Positions 1 to 6,955 of a stretch of 32,000 nt of DNA are shown piece by piece; within the stretch, counting starts at the first letter, position 1, and every line of letters starts with the position of its first letter. The stretch lies in the NCBI RefSeq assembly GCF_000091665.1, contig NC_000909.1:820712-852711 (forward strand), written 5' to 3'. Position numbers and translations under genes: made by a program. The DNA is from Methanocaldococcus jannaschii DSM 2661. Its GTDB lineage: Archaea; AGJL01; Methanococci; Methanococcales; Methanocaldococcaceae. The notes below the pieces were generated by a model. It worked only from the letters and a program-made list of their open reading frames with translations, was not told the origin of the DNA and made no database searches.

Positions 1-291
1 AAGTTTCAAGTGGGTGAAATTTCAAAAGATATAAAGAAATTGCCAATCTCTATAATGTTCCCAGAACAAGGATATTACTATATCTCAATAAAATCAGAAA
101 ATAGTAACTTAAAACTGATTGATGTAGAGAATGGAGAGGTTGTATATAAAAACACTACCTTAATTGAACTGTTTGAAAAAATTGATGGAAAAGAAAAAAC
201 CTACAACTTAATAGTTGAGTATAACGGTTCTGAGATACCTTCAGAAAAGGGGATTAATATTTCAATCTTTGAAATAAAGATAATAAAGTAA
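1..291 (+). CDS. 3' end of a hypothetical protein (5' truncated by the window edge)
   Basis: Frame 1 is open from nt 1 (AAG TTT CAA GTG...) to the TAA at 289-291. The listed start at 10 is only the first GTG in the window. No recognisable motif. Confidence 0.4.
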   Translation, partial: KFQVGEISKDIKKLPISIMFPEQGYYYISIKSENSNLKLIDVENGEVVYKNTTLIELFEKIDGKEKTYNLIVEYNGSEIPSEKGINISIFEIKIIK

Positions 292-303
292 AGTAGTTAA
301 TTA

Positions 304-717
304 TTATTCAATCTTCTTTTTGAGTTTGATTAATACATAAATAGCCTCTGCTATCTCCCGTATTCTACTAACTTCATCCTCTTCTTTTAGTTTCATTACT
401 AAATAGTTTATTTTATCCATTACTACCTTGTTTAAATCCAATATCTCATTAATTTCAGATTTTTTCCTCTCAATTTCATTTTTAATTTCTTTTTCATTTT
501 CACCTTTTTCAATTGTCTCTTTATTTTTCAATTTTTCACATATGGGGCAATATATCTTTCCATCCTTTTCAAATAATGGACATCCACACTTTGAACAGTG
601 AGTAGAAAGCATCTTTGCTCCTTTTAACAATTCATTAGATAAAACTTTTATTGCATCATCATTTTTCATGTTTTCACCAAAATTATAACATAAGTTGTCA
701 ATAACAGTTTTTATCAT
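304..717 (-). CDS. Small Zn-ribbon protein, UPF0148 / autoantigen-p27-like family
   Basis: 137-aa ORF with CSKCGCPLF...CPICE (CxxC-x13-CxxC) followed by a K/E-rich coiled-coil tail. Family assignment is from memory. Confidence 0.65.
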   Translation of the reverse strand: MIKTVIDNLCYNFGENMKNDDAIKVLSNELLKGAKMLSTHCSKCGCPLFEKDGKIYCPICEKLKNKETIEKGENEKEIKNEIERKKSEINEILDLNKVVMDKINYLVMKLKEEDEVSRIREIAEAIYVLIKLKKKIE

Positions 718-814
718 GTTTATCCATTAGTTTATATAAATTTGGATTTGTTTAAATTTATTTGGCATAATCATTACGTTAATTTGCTATTTAAGATTCG
801 ACTATCGTTTTACC

Positions 815-868
815 TACACAAACCTCTACATAAACACCGATAAAATTGACTACGCAATAAATTACGCA
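815..868 (+). promoter_or_regulatory. Four TACNNA hexamers upstream of the fla promoter (candidate activator-binding array)
   Basis: TACACA 815-820, TACATA 827-832, TACGCA 851-856, TACGCA 863-868. Start-to-start spacing is 12/24/12 nt. The array lies directly 5' of a BRE/TATA-like element. Confidence 0.35.
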
Positions 869-873
869 AAAAG

Positions 874-884
874 AATATATTTTA
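874..884 (+). promoter_or_regulatory. TATA-like box (with an A-rich BRE-like AAAAAG just 5') for the fla operon
   Basis: gcaAAAAAGAATATATTTTAag. It sits about 110 nt upstream of the flaB1 ATG. A TSS would be expected near 905, giving a roughly 90-nt leader. Confidence 0.35.
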
Positions 885-921
885 AGAAAATTACAGTTTA
901 TAGTGAGGTGGATTGAGGAAA

Positions 922-944
922 GTGTGGGGGAATTGTGTGGGGGA
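922..944 (+). repeat. Tandem G-rich 10-mer GTGTGGGGGA x2 (13-nt period) in the presumed flaB1 leader
   Basis: Copies at 922-931 and 935-944. They are flanked by further SD-like motifs: GAGGTGG 905-911, TGAGG 914-918, TGAGGG 964-969. Confidence 0.9.
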
Positions 945-979
945 GGAAAATACTACAAGCAATTGAGGGATTAATATAC

Positions 980-1175
980 TCAGGTGATATGAGATGAAGG
1001 TCTTTGAGTTTTTAAAGGGTAAGAGGGGGGCCATGGGTATAGGAACTTTGATAATCTTCATAGCCATGGTCTTAGTCGCTGCAGTAGCAGCAGCAGTCTT
1101 AATTAACACAAGTGGATTCCTCCAACAAAAAGCAATGGCTACAGGTAAAGAAAGCACCGAACAAGTTGCAAGTGG
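980..1175 (+). repeat. 196-bp block, copy A, 100% identical to 1716-1911
   Basis: Read base by base. It covers 14 nt upstream of the ATG (including the SD AGGTGA) plus the first 182 coding nt of flaB1. The identical antisense ORF translations in the ORF track corroborate this. Confidence 0.95.
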
Positions 1176-1647
1176 TTTAATGTGTATTGGAGTTACAGGA
1201 CACTATGACAAAACTTTAGGAGGTATTGACAAATTAGCTATCTATATAACTCCAAATGCAGGAAGTGCTCCAATTGACTTAAAGAATGCTAAGTTGTTCT
1301 TGATATATGATGGGGAATCACATGTTTTAAACTACAGTACAGTTACAACTGCAACTTTAGGGGCTGATGATATATTTAACTCATCAGCAATAACTGACTG
1401 GTCATTAGCAGATAGCTCATCATATGTTGTGGGGGTTATCCAAGATGCTGATGGTTCATTATCAAATGGCGTTATTAACAAAGGAGATATTGCAGTTTTA
1501 TTAGTTAATGCAAATGCAGTATTTAATAAGGCAATACCTACAAGATCAGAAGTCTCAGGACAGTTCCAGCCAGAATTTGGTGCTCCAGCAGTTATCCAAT
1601 TTACAACACCAGCTGCATATACACAAACTGTAATTGAGTTACAATAA
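994..1647 (+). CDS. flaB1: Archaellin FlaB1 (class III signal peptide)
   Basis: [12 protein letters not shown]|[35 protein letters not shown] is the canonical archaellin N-terminus with a KRG|A processing site. SD AGGTGA lies 6 nt upstream. N-x-S/T sequons are present. Confidence 0.95.
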   Translation: MKVFEFLKGKRGAMGIGTLIIFIAMVLVAAVAAAVLINTSGFLQQKAMATGKESTEQVASGLMCIGVTGHYDKTLGGIDKLAIYITPNAGSAPIDLKNAKLFLIYDGESHVLNYSTVTTATLGADDIFNSSAITDWSLADSSSYVVGVIQDADGSLSNGVINKGDIAVLLVNANAVFNKAIPTRSEVSGQFQPEFGAPAVIQFTTPAAYTQTVIELQ

Positions 1648-1715
1648 ATTCCTAATCAAAATTGACTCCACATCCTAAAAAGTGTAATTAACTTAAATAT
1701 CTTAAATAACAACTT

Positions 1716-1911
1716 TCAGGTGATATGAGATGAAGGTCTTTGAGTTTTTAAAGGGTAAGAGGGGGGCCATGGGTATAGGAACTTTGATAATCTTCATAGC
1801 CATGGTCTTAGTCGCTGCAGTAGCAGCAGCAGTCTTAATTAACACAAGTGGATTCCTCCAACAAAAAGCAATGGCTACAGGTAAAGAAAGCACCGAACAA
1901 GTTGCAAGTGG
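1716..1911 (+). repeat. 196-bp block, copy B, 100% identical to 980-1175
   Basis: Same sequence at an offset of 736 nt. Identity ends abruptly at 1911/1912. Confidence 0.95.
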
Positions 1912-2383
1912 GCTTTCAACACTTCAAGTAATTGGAATACATGATAACAAAGCTATCAATTATTTAGCTATCTATATAACTCCAAATGCAGGAAGTGCAG
2001 CAATAGACTTAAATCAAACTAAGATATTAATTACTGACGGTGAAAAGAAAGCTGTATTAAGATATAATTCAAATGCATATGCAGATTTAACAACTGGAGG
2101 AGAAGTTACTAATACTTCTCTTGCTGCATGGAATTTAAGTGGTGGAGAATTTGGAATAATTGTCTTGCAAGATGCTGATGGTTCATGTAAGAGTACAACC
2201 CCAGTAATTAACAAAGGAGATATAGTTGCTTTAACAATAAATGCTTCAGCAGTTGGACTTAACTTAGTCCCAAGAACAACAGTAACTGGTTCAGTAATTC
2301 CAGAATTTGGTGCTCCAGCAGTTATTGAATTCACAACACCAGCTGCATACTTAAGCACACAAGAAGTAATACAATTACAATAA
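1730..2383 (+). CDS. flaB2: Archaellin FlaB2
   Basis: 217 aa. The first 62 aa are identical to FlaB1. Conserved archaellin C-terminal block [18 protein letters not shown]. Confidence 0.95.
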   Translation: MKVFEFLKGKRGAMGIGTLIIFIAMVLVAAVAAAVLINTSGFLQQKAMATGKESTEQVASGLSTLQVIGIHDNKAINYLAIYITPNAGSAAIDLNQTKILITDGEKKAVLRYNSNAYADLTTGGEVTNTSLAAWNLSGGEFGIIVLQDADGSCKSTTPVINKGDIVALTINASAVGLNLVPRTTVTGSVIPEFGAPAVIEFTTPAAYLSTQEVIQLQ

Positions 2384-2396
2384 GCCCCTAATTTAA

Positions 2397-2404
2397 TTTT
2401 TTTT
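2397..2404 (+). terminator. T8 tract after flaB2 (possible archaeal oligo-T pause/termination signal)
   Basis: A run of 8 T begins 14 nt after the flaB2 stop. It is followed by the TATA-like ATTATATAA at 2431-2439, ahead of flaB3. Confidence 0.3.
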
Positions 2405-2485
2405 ATTGGATGTTTGGATTGTGAAATTCCATTATATAATTTAGTGATATAATATAAATATTTTTTGAGATTGAGGTGGCCAAAT

Positions 2486-3136
2486 ATGTTGTTAGACTAT
2501 ATTAAAAGTCGCCGAGGGGCAATTGGTATAGGTACGCTTATCATTTTCATCGCTTTAGTATTAGTCGCTGCAGTAGCAGCGGCAGTTATAATAAACACGG
2601 CAGCCAACCTTCAGCACAAAGCTGCGAGGGTTGGTGAGGAAAGTACAAGACAGGTAGCGAGTGGAATACAAGTATTAAAGATTACTGGTTATGCGGTAAA
2701 TACAAAAAATATAACAAAGCTTGCAATACTTGTGTCCCCAAATGTTGGGGATGAAATTGATTTATCATCTACAATAGTTACCATATCAAATGGGGATTAT
2801 AAAGCTTCATTAGTTTATGGAGGACAAATTACTTATGTAAATACTAATGGAACTAGGGACATATTTAATGAATCTTGGCCAAATATTGCCAATCCAACAA
2901 CAGAATTTGGAGTAATTGTCTTACAAGATGCTGATGGTTCTATGAACAATACCGAGCATCCAACAATGAACTTTGGAGATAAAGCCATAATTGCTATAAA
3001 TGTTGGAGATGTGTTTGGAGGTATTATGCCAAGAGAGAGAATATATGGAGAAGTTATTCCAGAATTTGGAGCTTCTGGAATTATCGAGTTTAGAGCACCA
3101 TCAACATTTAGTGAGCATGTAGTTACACTTCAATAA
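2486..3136 (+). CDS. flaB3: Archaellin FlaB3 (divergent third paralog)
   Basis: MLLDYIKSRRG|[30 protein letters not shown] 2486 is preceded by SD GAGGTGG (2473-2479). The TTG at 2465 in the ORF track would overlap the SD, so I reject it. Confidence 0.9.
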   Translation: MLLDYIKSRRGAIGIGTLIIFIALVLVAAVAAAVIINTAANLQHKAARVGEESTRQVASGIQVLKITGYAVNTKNITKLAILVSPNVGDEIDLSSTIVTISNGDYKASLVYGGQITYVNTNGTRDIFNESWPNIANPTTEFGVIVLQDADGSMNNTEHPTMNFGDKAIIAINVGDVFGGIMPRERIYGEVIPEFGASGIIEFRAPSTFSEHVVTLQ

Positions 3137-3148
3137 ATTCTATTTAAT

Positions 3149-3174
3149 TTAAGTGTTTTACACTTAAACTTTTT
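3149..3174 (+). terminator. Hairpin TTAAGTG-TTTTA-CACTTAA followed by T5 (candidate attenuator after the archaellin genes)
   Basis: Perfect 7-bp stem (3149-3155 / 3161-3167) with a T run at 3170-3174. It sits between the flaB3 stop (3136) and the flaC SD. Confidence 0.35.
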
Positions 3175-3187
3175 AAGGTGAATCCTT

Positions 3188-3777
3188 ATGGGGTTAAAAG
3201 ATATAATCGCCTCAATAAAAAATAAGATTCCAAAATTAAAAAAAAAGAAAAAAAATTAGATGAAGGACCTCCTGAAGAGGAGGAAAATTTACTGGAAGAC
3301 CCATTAGAAACTGAAAAATACGAGGAACTTGAACAAACAGTTAAAGACTTAATGGAAACCACAGAAGGTTTGTTAGCGAAAGTTAATGATATTGAATCCA
3401 AACTACCAAAGTTAGAATCTTCAATAAACAACTTAAGAAAAGAAAATGAAATGCTAAGAGTTGAACTTAATAAGATTAATGAAAATTTGCAGGATATAAT
3501 GGCTCTCTATGAAGTTGTATCAAATCAAATAAATCCCTTTATTGGGGTCTCAAAAATTACTGCAACAAGCTTAGAAAAACTTGAGAGATTAGAAACAGAA
3601 TATAAAAGACTTAAAAAAACTGTTGAAGAGCTTACAAATGATTTAATAATTCTTGGTTCTCTCTATTTGCACCAACTTGATATTAATCTTGATGAAATTA
3701 TTGAAGAGGTTTTGGAGGAGGAGATTATAAAGTCAATGTCCGGGGAGGATACTCATGATACAAAAGACAATAAGTGA
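3188..3777 (+). CDS. flaC: Archaellum accessory protein FlaC (ArlC). Needs a -1 frame change near 3241-3247. The uninterrupted ORF is only 3352-3777.
   Basis: SD AAGGTGA (3175-3181) lies 6 nt before ATG 3188. That frame reads MGLKDIIASIKNKIPKLKKKKKN* and stops at 3257. The -1 frame is open from 3226 with no ATG/GTG/TTG until 3352 and encodes the coiled-coil body. Position between flaB3 and flaD fits flaC. ATG 3352 has no SD. Confidence 0.75.
3238..3256 (+). other. A9-G-A8 slippery tract (A_AAA_AAG in phase at 3241-3247) at the flaC frame junction
   Basis: Zero-frame codons are TTA AAA AAA AAG AAA AAA AAT TAG. The -1 frame resumes at GAA 3247. A GC-rich hairpin CCTCCT-GAAG-AGGAGG follows at 3268-3283. 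Confidence 0.6.
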
Positions 3778-4783
3778 AACATCACCCCCTCCTATGTTCT
3801 CTGATGAGGAGATTCTTACAGAGGATGAAATTGAGGAATATTTGGATAATTTAAAATCAAAATTGCCATCTTTTGTTATCATCCTATTAAAAAACAATTT
3901 AAGAGGTAAGAGGGTTACAAAAAAACAGCTGGATAAGATTGTTGAGAGGATTACAGAGGTTCTATCAAAAGGAAGAAGGGATGATAAAACAGAAGAGCTC
4001 AATAAAAAGCTTCAAACTCTTGAACAGAAGCTTGATGCTATAATGAAACTTACTACAATGGCTGTTTCAACAAAAACTTCAGAAGAAATTGAAAAAATTA
4101 AAACTAATGAGAAAATAGAAATAGAAAATGCTCCTATTAAAATTAAAAGTGAAGAAAAACCTGAAAAGCCGGTAGAAATTGAAGTAAGTAAGAAAAAAGA
4201 GACTATGGATACTGGTAAAAAAACTGAAACTGAAGAGAAAGTTAAAGAGATTGAGGTTCCTAAACCTGTAGAAAAAACCCATGAAAAAGTTGAAGAAACT
4301 AAGACTAAGGGGGAGATTAAGAAAGAAGTCAAAAAAGAAGTTAAATTAAAAAAATATGAGCTACCTAAAGAATCACCTATGGGGGGAAGCTTTATGACAC
4401 CTATTGAAGAAGAGAAAGAATATAGATTGAATGACATTCCTGAAGATGCTGTTTCCATGACACTGGTATTTAAATGGCTGGAATTTTTGATTAGTAGGGG
4501 CGGTATGACATATTTACCAGACATTTTAGACTATTACAATAAGATTGGATGGATATCCAACAGAGTTATATTAAAGCTATTAAGATTTGCTAAGAATATG
4601 AAAATAACATTTGATGAGGAAGAATTAAGACCAAGGGATAAGCTATCACCAAGCGACCATATAGTGTCTCTCCTATATATAGAAAAGCTTGCAGGAAGAC
4701 CAATAGATTCCGAGATTCTTGAGATGTTGGAGATAGAAATTAGGAGAATAAAAAAATGGGCTATAGAATTACAATCAATCTAA
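3755..4783 (+). CDS. flaD: Archaellum accessory protein FlaD (ArlD) with a K/E-rich spacer and a C-terminal FlaD/E domain
   Basis: SD GGGGAGG (3742-3748) lies 6 nt before the ATG. The gene overlaps the flaC end by 23 nt. The C-terminal ~125 aa are paralogous to FlaE (LVFKWLEFL...DILDYYNKIGW...DHIVSLLYIEKL). Confidence 0.9.
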   Translation: MIQKTISETSPPPMFSDEEILTEDEIEEYLDNLKSKLPSFVIILLKNNLRGKRVTKKQLDKIVERITEVLSKGRRDDKTEELNKKLQTLEQKLDAIMKLTTMAVSTKTSEEIEKIKTNEKIEIENAPIKIKSEEKPEKPVEIEVSKKKETMDTGKKTETEEKVKEIEVPKPVEKTHEKVEETKTKGEIKKEVKKEVKLKKYELPKESPMGGSFMTPIEEEKEYRLNDIPEDAVSMTLVFKWLEFLISRGGMTYLPDILDYYNKIGWISNRVILKLLRFAKNMKITFDEEELRPRDKLSPSDHIVSLLYIEKLAGRPIDSEILEMLEIEIRRIKKWAIELQSI

Positions 4784-4839
4784 AAATATGCTATTAAGAT
4801 TATAAGCTTATCTAAAAAATTGTGGGGGAGGTGTTTAAA

Positions 4840-5244
4840 ATGGATGGATTAGCTTCAACAATATTGGAAGTTCATAAACCTGCTAAATTAGAGGACATTC
4901 CTGATGAGGACCCAATTGCGATTATATTAGCATTAAAATGGTTGGAGTATTTATGTGAGAGAGCAGGCGTTGAAAATGTGTCTGATATATTAGATTTCTA
5001 CTACATGTTAGGATGGCTGGGAGATAAAGCATTAGCAAAACTATTAAAATTCTTAAAGGGAATAAAAGTTGATGAAGAAAATGTAGTGGAAGGGTCAGGG
5101 AAATTAAATATTACTGACCATATAATATCACTTCTATTCATTGAAAGATTAAATGGAAAAAAGATATCTGCTGAACTATTAGATAAAATTGAATGGGAAT
5201 TAAGAAAAATAAAGAAGGGGGCTGAACAGTTCTATGGGATTTAG
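4840..5244 (+). CDS. flaE: Archaellum accessory protein FlaE (ArlE)
   Basis: ATG 4840 lies 6 nt after SD GGGGAGGTG (4825-4833). The product is 134 aa and paralogous to the FlaD C-terminus. The GTG at 4822 in the ORF track is rejected. Confidence 0.9.
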   Translation: MDGLASTILEVHKPAKLEDIPDEDPIAIILALKWLEYLCERAGVENVSDILDFYYMLGWLGDKALAKLLKFLKGIKVDEENVVEGSGKLNITDHIISLLFIERLNGKKISAELLDKIEWELRKIKKGAEQFYGI

Positions 5245-5653
5245 TTCAGTAGTAGGGGCAACAGTAATGATTATTGCATTGCTTGTATGTGGAGCATATC
5301 TTTATGTGACAATGGACAGTTATTATGAAAATGTTGATGAGGCTTATACAACGTATTACAGCCATGTACATGCCAAATTAAATGAAAAGTTAGTAATTAC
5401 TGATGTTAAAAGCAGTACATCCCAAACAAATATAACCATCTATAATAACGGTTCAGTTGTAGTAGAACCGGACAAATTTACCATACTGTTTGATGGCACT
5501 GTAGTGCCAGAAGAAAATATTTCTTATTATCCTAAACTGAAAAAGTATCTCGTCCCATTGGATAGTATAACGATTGTAGTAAATTGGACACAGCCGAGTA
5601 GGATATGTATAGTTTCAGATAATGGTAATAAGTATTTCTATTCATTAACATAA
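5234..5653 (+). CDS. flaF: Archaellum stator/S-layer-binding protein FlaF (ArlF)
   Basis: MGFSSVVGATVMIIALLV is an archaellin-like hydrophobic N-terminus followed by a beta-rich domain. Overlaps flaE by 11 nt. Operon position fits flaF. Confidence 0.85.
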   Translation: MGFSSVVGATVMIIALLVCGAYLYVTMDSYYENVDEAYTTYYSHVHAKLNEKLVITDVKSSTSQTNITIYNNGSVVVEPDKFTILFDGTVVPEENISYYPKLKKYLVPLDSITIVVNWTQPSRICIVSDNGNKYFYSLT

Positions 5654-5758
5654 ACTTGGCGACCCCTGCATGATTTATTATTATTTCATATTAATTACTT
5701 CATCACATTTACTTCTTTATTAAAAAATTAAAGATAAATCTGACTTGGTGGGTTTAGG

Positions 5759-6223
5759 GTGATTTATTTGGCATCAAGTGCAATGTCTGAAATAGTTATG
5801 TTCGTTGCTGTGTTGTTAATCGCTGCATTTGTAGCAGGGATTTTAACGACCTCTACCTATAAGATTTCTTTAAATATTAATAAAAAGGGTGATGCATTAG
5901 CTACAAAGCTATCTCAAGATTTTGAGATTATAAATGATCCAGGAGATATTGTTAGAAATTCTTCAGCAGGTACTATTGCCCTTTACATTAAAAATACTGG
6001 TAAAGACCCAATTATATTTACGAATGATTCATTTACAGTAATTATTGATGGAAGTATTGTAGAAATAAATACTACTAATCAGTTAACATCTCCTGGGAGT
6101 AATATATTATCTCCTGGAGATGTGGGGGAGATTGTTGTAAATTATAACGAAACTGGATACCATAGGATAAAAGTTATTTCTGAATGTGGGATTTCAAGGA
6201 TAATTAGGGGTTATATTTCCTAA
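5759..6223 (+). CDS. flaG: Archaellum protein FlaG (ArlG)
   Basis: Hydrophobic N-terminus SEIVMFVAVLLIAAFVAGILT. The start is ambiguous: GTG 5759, TTG 5768 (5 nt after SD GGGTGA 5757-5762) or ATG 5783. Confidence 0.85.
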   Translation: MIYLASSAMSEIVMFVAVLLIAAFVAGILTTSTYKISLNINKKGDALATKLSQDFEIINDPGDIVRNSSAGTIALYIKNTGKDPIIFTNDSFTVIIDGSIVEINTTNQLTSPGSNILSPGDVGEIVVNYNETGYHRIKVISECGISRIIRGYIS

Positions 6224-6241
6224 ATTCTTTAGGTGGGGATT

Positions 6242-6934
6242 ATGGAATTAGCAAGAATTGATTTAAGTAGAGATGATTTGGATAAAAGAATTGGGGGTGG
6301 TATTCCACATGGTAGCTTGATAATAATTGAGGGAGAGGAGAGTACAGGTAAATCTGTCTTATGCCAGAGGTTGGCATATGGATTTTTACAGAATAGATAC
6401 TCAGTAACATACGTTTCTACTCAACTCACAACTTTAGAATTTATAAAACAGATGAATTCTTTGAATTATTCAATCAATAAAAAGTTGTTATCAGGAGCTT
6501 TATTATATATTCCAGTTTATCCGCTAATTGCTGATAATAAAAAAAAGGATGGATTTTTAAAAAAAGTTATGGAAACAAGAGCATTTTATGAAAAAGATGT
6601 TATCATATTTGATTCAATATCTGCATTAATTGCAAACGATGCCAGTGAAGTTAATGTTGATGATTTAATGGCTTTTTTTAAGAGAATTACAGCTTTAAAG
6701 AAAATAATAATTTGCACAGTAAATCCAAAAGAATTGCCAGAATCGGTTTTAACTATTATAAGAACATCAGCAACAATGTTAATAAGAACTGAGTTATTTA
6801 CATTTGGGGGGGATTTAAAGAACTTAGCCAAGATATTAAAATACAATATGGCTCCTGGGTCATATCAGAAAAATATTGTGTTTAGAGTTGAGCCTAAGAT
6901 TGGTATCGCTGTTGAAATTGCATCTGTTGCATAA
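6242..6934 (+). CDS. flaH: RecA/KaiC-like ATP-binding protein FlaH (ArlH)
   Basis: Walker A GEESTGKS. ATG 6242 lies 5 nt after SD AGGTGG (6231-6236). Confidence 0.9.
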   Translation: MELARIDLSRDDLDKRIGGGIPHGSLIIIEGEESTGKSVLCQRLAYGFLQNRYSVTYVSTQLTTLEFIKQMNSLNYSINKKLLSGALLYIPVYPLIADNKKKDGFLKKVMETRAFYEKDVIIFDSISALIANDASEVNVDDLMAFFKRITALKKIIICTVNPKELPESVLTIIRTSATMLIRTELFTFGGDLKNLAKILKYNMAPGSYQKNIVFRVEPKIGIAVEIASVA

Positions 6935-6955
6935 TTGTAGATTTTGGTGATAATA

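Noticed and set aside
903-974. Possible 23-codon uORF (GTG 903 to TAA 972-974) in the flaB1 leader
   Set aside because: It has no properly spaced SD and a GTG start. Its composition is driven by the G-rich repeats. It is better treated as non-coding leader.
891-1893. Minus-strand ORFs 891-1157 (88 aa) and 1702-1893 (63 aa) with identical N-terminal sequence
   Set aside because: They are antisense to the archaellin signal-peptide/helix region. The GC-rich alanine codons (GCN) read as open frame on the opposite strand. Their identity only reflects the 196-bp flaB1/flaB2 repeat.
3186-4524. Minus-strand ORFs 3186-3431, 3733-4002, 4012-4524 and 4079-4282
   Set aside because: They are antisense to flaC/flaD. 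Low-complexity S/F/L-rich translations are the mirror image of the K/E-rich coding strand.
5654-5758. Possible C/D-box sRNA in the flaF-flaG spacer (minus strand contains GTGATGA)
   Set aside because: No matching D box (CTGA) or terminal stem at an appropriate distance. The short GC-rich patch GGCGACCCCTGC forms no evident structure.
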